From assembly GCA_004022145.1 (NCBI GenBank), contig RCNU01000006.1: DNA of 64,000 bases; one strand, given 5' to 3'. Below, in pieces: positions 1 through 12,616 of the stretch. This DNA is from Paecilomyces variotii. Taxonomy: Eukaryota. Numbering within the stretch: the first letter of the stretch is position 1; every line of letters begins with the position of its first letter. Under the pieces are notes generated by a model. The model was not told the DNA's origin. It searched no databases and worked only from the letters and a program-made list of their open reading frames with translations. Made by a program: the position numbers and the translations under genes.

Positions 1-1031
1 TCTCTCATTCCCAAAATCTACGCCGCCCAGTCTTTTTACTGTTCTCTTAGATTCCCCTGCCTTTTTTCTCTTCGATGAGCTCATCATTCCCATGTATTAT
101 GCACCGGGATGAGTGTTTCTTTTCTTTTTCCCGTCTGCTTAACTTCCTCTTCTTATTCTCATACAAGCGACTTTCCAGTAATCTTTGCCTTTTTCTCACT
201 TATCTTGCAACAAGCATTGAAACAAGAAAAGCAAAAGCAAACAACGTGCATAGTTTGTGTGATGCAGCGCGGCATGCATTCTGGGGCGTTCTTCATCTCC
301 CGTATAGCCAAAGAGACAAAACAACATTTTTCTTCTCTATCATAGGCAACCCATTGTTTGATCTGCTGTCTATACCAGACCGGGCGGGGTTTCCTTGCCG
401 ATGGATATTTTCTTCTCTTTTCTTTTTTTGTTCTTCCTTATATGATAACTGATCTAACTGATCACGAAGAGATACCAAGAAAGAGAAATGAAATGGCAGG
501 AATGGATGAGTGTTATCGGACAGGGCTGTCAAAGGATCGAGAGAAACGAGAGAGATATGTCAAACTTATGCATGATGCATGGGAGGGTGATTACTTGTCC
601 GTTTTGACTTTTGAGGGAAGGACTCTCCAGACCTTGACAAGGGTTTACACTTAACTTAGGCACAGCTGCATTAGGGCAGGTTTAGATTTCAGGTAGATGC
701 GGGGAAGGCAAAGCAAAGCAGAGCAAAGCAAATGAGATGAGATGATGAAAATGCAGATGATCGATCTTCTTTCTGTATTATTTTTTTTCCCTTTTGAGGT
801 ATTGGTTGTGTATTTTGGGATACTTGATGGATTGGATTACTAGTAGCGTTTACACTTATTAAGGTATCCTGATAATATCATATATGCCTTCTTGTCGCCT
901 GATATTAAAAGAAGAAGAAGAAGAAGCGTATATAGTAACAACTTCATTTAATCATGTCATATCATATTATATCGAGGCTCTAGGTGCCTTGGGGTCGCTT
1001 CTACAGAAGTTAGACTCGGAATCTATATCAC

Positions 1032-1033
<2 letters not shown>

Positions 1034-1083
<50 letters not shown>
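1034..1083. repeat. 50-bp poly(A)/poly(T) homopolymer
   Basis: Uninterrupted A run 1034-1083, about 130 bp beyond the stop of the minus-strand esterase gene. Confidence 0.95.
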
Positions 1084-1084
<1 letters not shown>

Positions 1085-1209
1085 AATCAAGGGATAGAAA
1101 GATAGTTAAAACAAAAAGGGGATTTAAAGAAAGAATATACATATGGAACTTATTTATTCTATCGAAGATAGAAAACGAAAGTTATAATAATGAAATAGGG
1201 TCTCACGCA

Positions 1210-2374
1210 CTAAGCGAACAGATACTTGGCCGCATGCTCTACGTGATCGTCGGCGAACGTGGAGATGAAGTAGTAGCTGTGATCGTAGTCCTGCTGGTAG
1301 CGGACTTTGACGCCCTCGACGCCGGATTCCTTAGCGGCCTTTTCGAGGTTTTCGGGGAGGAGCTGGCCCTGCTTGTAGAAGTTGTCGCCGGTGCCCTAGT
1401 TTAGAGTTAGTGGTAAGTTACTTTTTATATTGATTTTTCATTCCTGGTCCACACGAGGAATAATCAAGCTATATAAGATAAGAAGGGAAAGGGGACATGT
1501 CACATACGACATCAATCAGCACATCAAGCGGGCCCTTCCACTTCTTGATCAGCTCCGTGGCATCGTGCTCCTTCCACTTCTCCTGGTTCTCCGCGCCGAA
1601 GTAGCCAGAGAAAGCCTTCTGACCCCAAGGGCAGTTGATGGGGTTGGAGATGGGCGCGAATGCCGAAACGGACTTGTATTTTCCGGGATTTCGGAGGAAC
1701 TGTTGTTTTTTTTTTTACCAAATTAGTTATCTGGCTTAATAATGTAATTTGGCGGGCATCTAAGCGGGGTAAAAAAGACTCCATTATTACCAAAGTCAGA
1801 GCGCCGTGACCACCCATACTGTGACCCGTAATGCTGACACGGCTCGAGTCGATCTGGTCAAATGCAGAGAAGACGGTCTTGGGAAGCTCTTCCGTGATGT
1901 AGCTGTACATCTTGTAGCCCTTGTCCCATGGGGCCTTGGTGGCGTCGATGTAGAAGCCCGCACCGCTACCGAAATCGTAGGAGTCGTCCTCACCCTCGAT
2001 CTTCAGACCACCTAGAACAGGTAACAAGCGTGTTAGGGTCCTGATTGATCCCGGATGGAAAGGGGGGGGTGTAAATGCTCGAAAGAACAGGAGTACGGGA
2101 ACTACATACGTGGGCTGGTGTCTGGGTATAGAACAGCAATGCCCTTCTCGCTAGCCTTGTGCTGGAAGAAGCCCTTCTCAGAGCAGTTGTCTCCCGTGCA
2201 GGTCAAACCGGACAGGTAGATCAGGAGGGGGACCTTCTGAGACGAGGACTTGTACGCCTGCGGTGGCAGGTACAGGTTGAAGTTCATCTCGCAGCCGGTC
2301 GTGGTGGCATTGTGGGCGAGCTTCAACAGCTTTCCACCAAAGGAGGCGATGGTTGCCTTGGTTGTAACAGACAT
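1210..2374 (-). CDS. fghA: S-formylglutathione hydrolase (esterase D family), 4 exons
   Basis: Motifs [26 protein letters not shown], nucleophile [32 protein letters not shown]. Exons about 2374-2110, 2011-1791, 1699-1508, 1396-1210 with GT..AG introns join in frame; TAG at 1210-1212. Confidence 0.95.
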
Positions 2375-2978
2375 GGTAACTTTTCTTTTTTGGATGCGAC
2401 AGGAAAGGAAGAAGACAATGGAGTTGACAGTGTAGATGAAGAAACGAACAGGAGAAAAAGGAAGATAATGCCGGAAGCTCTAGGAAATCCGTTATCAGAG
2501 TGGAGTTAGCCGTGAGGGGATGAGGGGCACCAAACCCCGCGCTGGAGAGGCTATTGCGGTTATTGTTCCCCCATGGGCGTTTCTCTCATCATAAAGGACG
2601 GAAATCATAGCGGGATCTAGTATACATACGCTGATCCCCTCCCGAAATTATCGACCAAGTGCTGCCGGGTTGTTGAGCCACAATCGGACACACTGACATC
2701 TATTGTTGATACCCCGCGGAGACGGACATGTTTACATCATCGGGAATTTCATGACAGTCCCGACTTGAGGAGCATTTTACAGAGAAAAGCTACGCTCTGT
2801 GTGGAGTCCACTGGATGTTCCCAGTCATTGACCGTTATATTATAGAGCCTCAAAAGTAGCTATGCCGTCTATTCGTCCGTCCCAGAACATAAACAAACAA
2901 CCGTACTCCAGTCCGTAACCAAGTTCATATACATATACTCCGACGGCAACGGAATTGCACCAAAACAATACCCCTCGC

Positions 2979-5900
2979 CTACTTCAAAAACACCGGAACA
3001 CCGTAGATCACTGGAGCTGCACCGTTCAAATACCGAAGCAAACAAGACGTTCTCGACTTCGTAACAGCTTCGTCCAGAGCCACGGGACGGTCAGACGCAG
3101 AATCGGGACTGGTCACAGCTCCCTTAACACATCTTGACTTTCCCTTCACGTCTCTCTGCGCGGTCTCATGGCCAGCGAGCAGACCCCACCTCTCGAATGT
3201 TGACTTGGCAAACCGATCAATGTCCTTGTCTGTGACGTCCCAGAGCGTAGCAACTAAAGCTGGAGTGCCGGCATGCATATAGTTCATCGGTGTTCCATAG
3301 GGTTCGTACTCGCCAGCTTCGGTGAGGCAGCCACTGCTGCAGCCCATGAGAAAGGTGACTGCGCACTGGTCTAGCCGCTTGATGGTTCGGCCTCGAATGT
3401 ACTGAGCGCCACTGCCGTGGCCAAAGTAAAGAAGTAAACTTCTAGACTCCAGCGCTTCTTTAAATTCTGGCTCGCTGGGCTCCCGGTTGACAATGCTCGT
3501 CCAACCTTTCATAGAAGAGAGATCTTCTTCAAAGGTGCCCTGTGTCGCCTTAAGGTCACCGCCTGGATTGAGGATGTAGGTTCCGCTGCTGCGATTTATG
3601 TGCAATCCTTGGGAGATATCTTCCGCGTGTTGTCGAAAGTCCATGATCCTGTCGCGAATACATTGCAAGGATGGCATGCGGGAAACAGGGAGCCCTTGAA
3701 GACACGGGAGTGATTCCCATGGGAAAGAATGAAGAGCTTTGTCAAGAACCAAAATGGTATGGGCTGGTTCACCATGCCCCTCATTCCCCACGCTCTCGTG
3801 GTAGCTCCGCAGTGCATCAAGGGTATCCACCACCATCATATCAAAATCGATCTCATCATAGGCATTGCGTTCTCCATGGAACTGCAGAATGTCCACCACA
3901 AAGTATAGGAGGTCCATCAGCAGATCTTCAGGATCCTCACGGCTTTCCAGGTCCTGAATTCCGGTGAACAATTCCAAGACACTTGAGTGAAGCGTGAGTC
4001 TTGCTTCCCGCGCTTTGCCACCCTTCCTTCTCGAAGGGAGATGCTTGTCGAGGACGTGTTGAAAAGACTCGCCGAACCGGGATAGGAGGTCAACATTCCT
4101 GGTAGCAGGGGAGAAGACACCACGGAATCCTCCCAACCAAATATTTTCAATGTTAGAAAGGAGTGTCTCTAGACGTCGATCAAGTGCCTCCCTATTTTCC
4201 CACCACTCCTTTCTGGACTGTCTATCCGTTCGCGTGCGGGCATCATGTGCGCTGATATTGGCGAGCTTAATAATGTCCTGCAGCTCCCTCTTACCTTCAT
4301 CGAAGGTAAATTCATCTTCTTCCTCTTCTTCCTCGGAATCTCCTCGTTTCAAGGGCAGACGGAGGAGGAAAGGCGTACGACCCTTGAGCATTTTCGAGAT
4401 AACAATATCCGTCCGGTCTGCACTAAGTGACAACGATATGACGTTCCAATTGTCCGGAAGGATGTCAATATACTCCGAGGTGAAATCAGAGGAATAACTT
4501 TGAATCTCTCTTGTCCAGGTAGGGGCGGTTGGCCAGCTCAACGGATCAGAGAAGCTCGGAAGCTTCTTATCGATCTCAATTGAAAGCTGGGCGCGCTCAA
4601 AGGCACCAATACGACCGATTTCTATCTTATGTTAGACAGCTACGTTGATATCTTAAGACAAGACTTACCAGTAACATTGGCTGGAGACACAAGTCCTGTC
4701 CCTAGAACCCCAGAAGCAGTAGCATTCGATAGCAGCGACATCCGGCTCAGCAGACGGGAAGCAGCATGTGCATCAGCTGTGGAACCACATGTGATAGCAG
4801 CTTTGAAGATGTCACCGAGGGGGGTAGTCGCTCTTGACAGCATGGTAGCGAAATCTTCTTCTTTCTTGGTAGTACGTGACCGTGTCCCTTTAGTAGAAGT
4901 TGCTCTCGTTTTACGCACAGCTGGCGCTTTCTTTGTGGCTGAGGCATTTTCAGGGGAAGCAAGATCTTCAAGCTCTCTTGCTGGAGATTGCACAGATGGC
5001 AGAGAAAGCGTAGACTCCGGGAGCACACAATATACGGCATGCGTCGAGAAACGTCTGATCGTATCAGCCAGAAGGTGCTCGCTTTCGTCTATCTGGGTGG
5101 AGATCTGGCCCGCCCTAGACATGGCAAACTGCCACGCATCCTTTAGTAGGGAGAGAGCTTTGTCGAAATCATGTCCTGCAAAGGAACAAGATGCTTGTTG
5201 TCGCAGAATATCGCCTCTAAATCTCGACAAGGTGATTGACTGCACTGTAGCCGGAGATGCTTTGTTCAATGCTGATTCACTGGTCACCGTCTTTGCTTTC
5301 CGCGTCCGCTGAGTCGTTGTTGCTGCTGCCCTCCGGGGTTTCCTGGTTGGCTTTTGGATTTCTAGTTTTTCCATCTTGTCTTCGATACCAAGATCTGGTG
5401 AGGATAAGTCGAGGGGCATCATCGATTCTGGTCGACAAAGATCAAGGACGGCGCGTTCCGCTTCGGAGAGAGCACGAGACTGCTGATCATGCAGCCCTTT
5501 GGCTTGATAAAGAGAAGCAAGGCTGACTCGCAATGAAACAATTTCAATACTGTTATCGAGCTCTTGCGACATTTCCACTGCACCTTTCAGGAGATCCTGG
5601 CCTTCTGATATGTGGCCACCACGGATCCAGTCATAACCAAGTTGAGCTTGGCAGGCAATGAGGCGGACCTTGGCATTGAGTGTTTTGTTTACTTTCACCG
5701 CTTGCTCTGCGTAGTATATGGCGTCTTGGAGAAGTCCACTGTGAGAGGAGAGATGGACAAGATTCATAAGGCTGGAATGGTGCGAAGCGATATGCGGCCA
5801 AAAAGGCGATCCCTCGGAGTAGTTCTTTGATGAGGAACTGTCCTTTATGTTGAGAGTAGCCATTCCTTCCGCGACAATGTCTACTTCAGAATCGCGGCTG

Positions 5901-8900
5901 TCACGCTCCGGTGTCCCTTCTTTCTTCTGCGACATCTTCTCCAGTTTAGCCCACAGTCTGCAATTCAGACGTACTGAAAGCTTAGCGAAGAAGATGGCAT
6001 TAGCCATTGACCCCTGTGCGTAAAAGAACTTCGAATGGATAAGAGCTGCATCTGCAATGATTCTTTCCCATGCAATCTTTTGCTGGCCGGTGCTGCTGTC
6101 AATCTCTCCCTTCACCCGGCTACTCTGGCAGAATGTTCGCGCCGCCGACAATGTGCTAGCTGCTTTCTCCAGGCTGCCGGTCTCGAGCAGATACTCCACG
6201 TTGACCAGGTGGTTAGACATTGCTGCAAATGACGAGACCCGGTTGGTCTCGATATATTGGCTAGCTTGGGCGAGCAGTGTGCCAGCTCTGGTGCAATTCC
6301 CAAGTCGACAATATTGCAACGCTGATCGAGACTGGACTAGAACGATTTCGGAGATGTCTTTGACAACCTGGAGTTGCAGAATATGGAGAAGTGACTCATA
6401 GACCGACAGCTGAAGTTTCCACATTCCACGAATTTCGAGATAATCGAGAACTGCTTTCATCTGCACAATCCAATATTCCGGATCACCCACGCAAGTTTCG
6501 ACCGACTCCCATTCATGGCAAGTTCGAGCCACCTGGATCCAAGACTGGACCACTGCGTCGAGTTCTTCGCGGCCGAGATCTCCATTATGAAATCCCAAAA
6601 TCAACCGTAGACATGACTTCAAATGATCTTCAAGCCCAGCCAGCACGGGGTCGTCAAAACGACTCCTTCCCTCCGTCACAATTGCTGTGCCTTCGGATAT
6701 GAGTGCCTCAGTGACAGGTATGTCCAACGACCCAGGGTGCTGAAGTAAGAAACGTAGAGTGTACATGATAATGCGTAACCGGTGTATAGGATAACTGTCG
6801 GGGGTATACAGGGAAAGAAGTGTAGAGACAAGGGAATTGAGAGTTAAACGGAGGCTTTCGACGCTCGAAGAATGAGCATGGCTGTCCATAAGAAGGCCCA
6901 TCTGCCATTCAAGGAGAAACCCTCGCTCTTCGGACTCCAGAGTGTCGTCGTCGAATATGACTGAATTGTTATTGTTTCTGCGCCGCAGCTGAACTCTCAG
7001 GTGTCCATTCAAAACACGGCCGAGGACAAAACCTTCACTTCTTGGATCTTGGAAAACACGATGAGCAGGCTTTCTACCAACCGTGGACATGAGGTCTGGA
7101 AGGATACCCGAGCCAATATGCTCATGTATGGATTGATGGAATGCCTTGACCGATTCTGATCCGATGTTTCCTTCGGCGTAAAGATGAGCAAGTCTCTCGA
7201 ATTTCAGAGCAGCAAAGCCAGTACTCCTCTCGGCAGGAGAGCAATTAAGGAGCAAGCTTGTTGATTGCCTCAGAAGCGGAATCAGTTGCTTGTAACCCTT
7301 TCCTGATTCTCTTTCCTTTAAATACCGCGACCAAAAGACATTGGAGAGTTTGACAAAAGCAATGCCTCTATTATCGTCCGCAAAGGGCTCTTCCTCGGCC
7401 TGATTTTCGGGTCCAAGAAGTCCAAGGAGACGTTGGCAGTCGGAAAACATTGGCAGAGCACCTTCCCAAGCCGTTGACTCACACATCACTACCAGCTTTC
7501 CAACAGCAGCAGCCGAATCGATAGCGGCGAGAATGATGTTCTTCGATACTGCAAGCTTATGCTGAAACTGCTCGATCTCTTTTTCTTCGCTGTCCTCTGC
7601 TGGTTGTCGTCCAATGTAGCGCCTCAGAAATCTTACAAACCCTTGAAGATATTCGATCACTCGGCCTTTCAGTCCGTCAGTCGCGCTGTCTGTACTGCTG
7701 TTCCTGGAAACCGTGTTTGCGAGAACGCCCATTGCTAGCTTTTTGAGTTTAGCCGACTCAATGAGCAGTTGCTCCATATCAGTGTTGGTGCCTTTCAGCA
7801 GGGATCCCAAAGTCGCTGCTGCTTCGGAGAGCGACTGTGAAACCGTAGCTGGTGAACCTGCCGACTTCATCATTTGAATATCAATACAGGCGATTCTGCA
7901 GCGAATGATTCCAATGATGACAGACTGCTCAAGAGCAGGCAGGCCCAAGATGTCCTTGTATATCGCGAGAGCATCGTCGGTACATCCTGCTTCTTGTGCC
8001 ATTTGTCCTAGAACCATATTGATCCTCCGTATCGTATGTGGATCCTTGGATGCGATTGACAGATTCCGCTCATCTTCCCCCACGGCAGACTGCAGCCTGA
8101 GCACCGTTTGGTATATCGTAGAGAATTCCACGTTGTCAATTGTATGCTCATTCTGGGCAAATGTCCCTAGCGAGCGTGCCAGAGGATCCCAGAGTTCTTT
8201 GTTAGGTTCACAAACGTGGCCAGAGACCTTCCACCACATCGTCCGAACTTCAAGTGCGAGCAGCTGTATGTTAAGCGACAGGGCTGGCTTAATTTGTGAC
8301 TTCGAGACCGGTGAGGGTTGATCGCCGTATTTCTGACTCGACGGACAAAGACAAGAAAGGTTGTATGACAGTGACTGTAACTGCAAGGCTGCCTTATCCT
8401 TCGTCAAGGCTCCGGCTTTGAGCGCGTCGGTAATTACTCTGGCCGGGCTGCTATGGTTGGACAGCAAGAGCGTTGGGTAAAGCTTTTGAATGACCGAGGG
8501 CCGTCTCTCAGATACAATCAACCTCAGAGCGTTCGCCTGGAATGACACTAGGAGACTCAGTGGACAACCAGCGGCTCTAGTATTCCTGAAGGCTAAAAGG
8601 TCTGCCATTGTCTCTTTGGAGGCATCATCGTTAGGATTGCTCGCAGCGCTGGGTTTCTTCGTACGGCTGGTAGAATCCGCGACATTATCGAGATGCTGTT
8701 GTATCCGGCGCTTGAGTCCTCTCAATTCTTTGTACGCGAGTTCATTGAGGTCCAGTGAGAGAAGCCTCCCCGCAAGTATGCACGCTCCTTGTTCGAGTTG
8801 CATATTGGGGAAGTCACCTGTTTGGTCACCCTGTTCGCTTCTCAATGTCCGTAGACACGACAATGACAATCGCGCACACTCAGCCATGGCGAGCACTCCA

Positions 8901-9430
8901 TCGCCCACCATAAATGTACTCGTCCGCCGCACATGGCCCGGCTTTGATTTGGTGGGCGATGTCACGATTCGGTTTGGCGAGCTTGGGCGCAGAGGCGTCT
9001 TGGTGTTTGGAGTTCGTTGAACTTGATCTGGCGTGTTCGCAACTTGGCGTCTAGAAGCAGGAGCCTTCAACGCATCCGAGAGGGTCTTGGAGGCAACATT
9101 GAAGACCTCAGTCGCCAGTATCAGTTTCTCTTGGCGTGAGAGACGCGCTTCGTCTTGGATATCGGTAGGCGCTTGGAACACGGCGACTTTGGTAGCTGTC
9201 TTGGACTTCGCAGTCCGGGTCGATCTCGAGTTTCTTGATGCTGTAGTGGCCCTTGTCGTCCTCGTCTCTCTCTTCTGGCTGTTGGTGGCCTTCTCTGCAT
9301 CCGTATTGGAGGAGGGTCGGAGGAGTGTTTGGAGAGAGGAAACGGTGGAATTTGTGCACGATGCTAGTGACTTAATATCCTGTTTCACGGACTCCACGAG
9401 GGAGCCCGGCATTAGTACTGTTACCGCCAT
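2979..9430 (-). CDS. bimB: Separase (Esp1/Cut1/BimB), peptidase C50, 2 exons
   Basis: 1596-aa ORF spliced (intron 4668-4622, GTAAGT..CTAAC..TAG) into the C-terminal ORF carrying catalytic motifs LYFGHGSG and LMGCSSG, plus FPWESLP and ATLWDVTDKDID. Confidence 0.96.
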
Positions 9431-9743
9431 GGGCGTATAGAAGGATATAAGAATATGGCACTGACTGCCATCACACCGAGCGTGTTAGTATCGAACATAT
9501 CTCATCATGGAGCTCCGTAGTCGAAGGAGGCTGACATAAACTGCGTTGTCGCAGCAACAGGCCTCCGCACTATTCCAAAACGAGCGATCCAGGCACATCG
9601 GATCTCCAGCCCCGATTCTCCGATTCTCTCTCTCTCTTGACGAACACTACTACGACCATAGAGTACCATACGTCTTTTTTTTTCGAGGCCAGTTCCACGC
9701 GCGACGGCATAGATCTGGTCGATCATTTATCGAATCCCTCACA

Positions 9744-10504
9744 ATGGCTGCACTCAGAATTCCTGTTAGGCTGCTCGCCAGAAATTCCGCACAACACTCC
9801 AGCGTTCTCCGCAATCGCGCCGCTTTTCTTACAGTTTCGCAACATGTCCGTCTACATTCCTCCGAATCCTTACCGAGAATAGCACAAGCATCAACATGGA
9901 AAGCGATTATGCCAAAGTTCCTGCGAGATCCCGAGACACTTGGTCATCAGAAAAAGAAATCAATCGAATCGCGGGAATGGAATCCAGCAACGTTTTTTAT
10001 TGTCATATTCATTCTCATCGGCTCGCAAGCTATCCGATTACTGCTTCTGAAGAAGGATTACGAGGCATATACTAGAAGTGCAGATGCGAAAATAAAACTT
10101 TTGAAAGAGGTCATTGAGAAGATTAACAATGGGGAGAAGGTGGACGTGGAAAGACTGCTAGGAACCGGGGACGCGCACAAGGAGAGGGAATGGGATGAAG
10201 GTTGGTCTCTTCTGCTTAGGTTGTGTATACCATGCGCTAATGCTCCTATTTTTTGTTACTAGTTCTACGTGAAATCGAGGCAGAAGATTCCCTGTGGCAC
10301 CAAAAGAGGTCCGAAAAAGACGCTCAAGCGCCAGCGCAGACTGAACCTGTCGTACAAGAACAGCCCGCTGAACAGCGTGCAAAGGGAGGCATAAGATCAC
10401 TCTTCTTCCGCACGAAGTCATCCGAAAACGGACAGGAGAACAATGTCGAAGAGGCAGACGACAAGAAAGACAAGAATCAGCCCCGAAAGCCCGTGTTCTT
10501 CTAA
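9744..10504 (+). CDS. Conserved fungal membrane protein, DUF5321-like, probably mitochondrial, 2 exons
   Basis: Arg-rich N-terminal presequence-like segment, one hydrophobic span (WNPATFFIVIFILIGSQAI), motif VDVERLLGTGD..E.EW. Intron 10201-10262 joins the 10253-10504 frame. Family assignment from memory. Confidence 0.75.
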
Positions 10505-12616
10505 GCGCCGACATATTTTATTTATTCCATTGCGGTCGTAAGAAGGTCTGCTTCTCATACCATTGATAGATAGCTCGACCGGTGAATCCGGATCACTCTC
10601 CGTCGGCCTTTCCCTATGATGACTTTGCCAAGGGGAGAGGAGATGGACACAGCCAGCTTTTTCCGGGATGATGAATCTCTCGAGAAGAACAGGATTCTCG
10701 TGAGGTGGTTTCATCCGCGAAATATTCTGGCTTCAAGGAGAAGACATAAGTGCAGGAGAGGTCAGATAAACAGTGCCAGTCCACAACCTTGAGTTCTCGG
10801 AGAAAAAGAAGCCCCACCAGTTATGGCCGGTACACCGACTCATAACCAGCTCTCAGATTGGCCATGGCCATGATAGGGACGCGCGGAGATGATATAGATA
10901 CGGAGTACAGTCTTCCAGAACCACAAGGGAACGTTGAAGAAAAGAAAATTCCCGTTCCGGGCAGATCCGCTAAAGTCGCCCTACTGCGGACAAACGGCTT
11001 GATGTACGGAGTATGCGCAACTTGATACCCAAACTCCACTAATCACATCAACTGGACTTAAGAGCTATTGGCTCGCGAAAATTTTAGCATTGTACGTACA
11101 TACATATTAAATACATAGTACATAGCGCATATAGTCCTATACACTCTATCTATCTCAAATGTGGAGAACGAGATGGCGTCAATCCTAGTTTCAGTATCAA
11201 AGAAACAAAAGCTATCTATCTAGAGCAACTCCACAAAGCAACATCCATACTCATCTCCACTATGTACATTATCGGATTTATCTCGGCTTCCTATAGTCTA
11301 TTCCTTTCCTTCATCACTCCCATCCAATAATAATAATACTACTAACTCTCAGAGACTAATCCCAGCCCCAAACGAAACTATTAGTTACATGTATCTAGAT
11401 ATCTATCTAAGAATCATCAATCAATCACAGTACAATAATTCCAGACCGCCATTTTAGACACTTTGACCAGACCCAGACCCAGACCAAGACCCATACTTAG
11501 TTCTATCTAGACTAGATACTGAGAGTAAGTAAGTTAGTCTAGAATCCAGATAGATAGTCTAGATACGAGATATCCGAGACAGTAACTTAGTACAGTACCT
11601 AGGTAACTAATAATAATAATATACTATCTATTCATCTATCTAGAATAAGTATTACAGTAATTACCAATGAATAAATGAATAAATGAATGAAATTGAAGTA
11701 GAAATCTTCCCTTAGTCCGGATTCCGGAGGAGCCCTGTTATCGATTTTGAGTATTTCGCTCCGAGTTTTTCGTTGGGGCGGGGAGGTTTGCATGAATATA
11801 TAGAAGAATAATACATAGTAGTATGTTTCTATAATAATGATGATGATATATTATACGTACTTCTCTACAGAGCATTTTTACGTGATTGGGGAATTTGCTG
11901 GGTTGCTTTAATTCTAAACTTTGCAAGTGGTGTGGAGTATTGTGGTTAGTTATAGATCTTTTTCGGATCTTATATATACATATATATATAACTATATTTT
12001 TTCTACCGGACGTACATACATATACAGACAGTGTACTGCTCTAATCTAGCAAATTCTATTTGTAGAGTTGATCGTCTAGAATATATGAAATCGTCTAGAC
12101 GGGAGATAAGGATACAGCCGAAGAAACCAGAGAGAAAACGTGATTGAGACGAAACCTGTTTCCGTTCATTGAATATTGGGCTTAAAAAAGAAACACAGAC
12201 GAATGAGGCGCTGCACCATAACAGAGCGTAGTTACATGCATGACCGAACCGGATGGGGACTCGCTAGGAAAACATTGAAAGAAAGCAAAGAAGAATAACA
12301 ACACAAATGCAACGCAACTGCATACTGCCACAAGGCGAGGGGCGCATGTACACCGGAGAAAAAAGAACAGAAACCCCTAGGAGTACACATGTAGTAATGA
12401 CCATGCAACGATCCCTTCTCGACTACCCGTTGTATTGTCATCAACGGTGTCGTCTGCTGTTTGCTCATTTGGGAAACACCCAAATTTGGAGATCTAAGTC
12501 TAACGCTCTAGTCTGACCCGATTCCCAGAGAGAGAAAAAAAGAAAGAGATACAGAGGAAATCACCTTGCACGGAAAGCCTTAAATCGTCACTTTTTTTTT
12601 TAATCCCATGAATTGT

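Noticed and set aside
884-1105. 73-aa ORF with a poly-Lys run
   Set aside because: Simply the translation of the poly(A) tract.
4150-9440. Several plus-strand ORFs of 100-230 aa opposite separase
   Set aside because: Antisense shadows of the long separase CDS.
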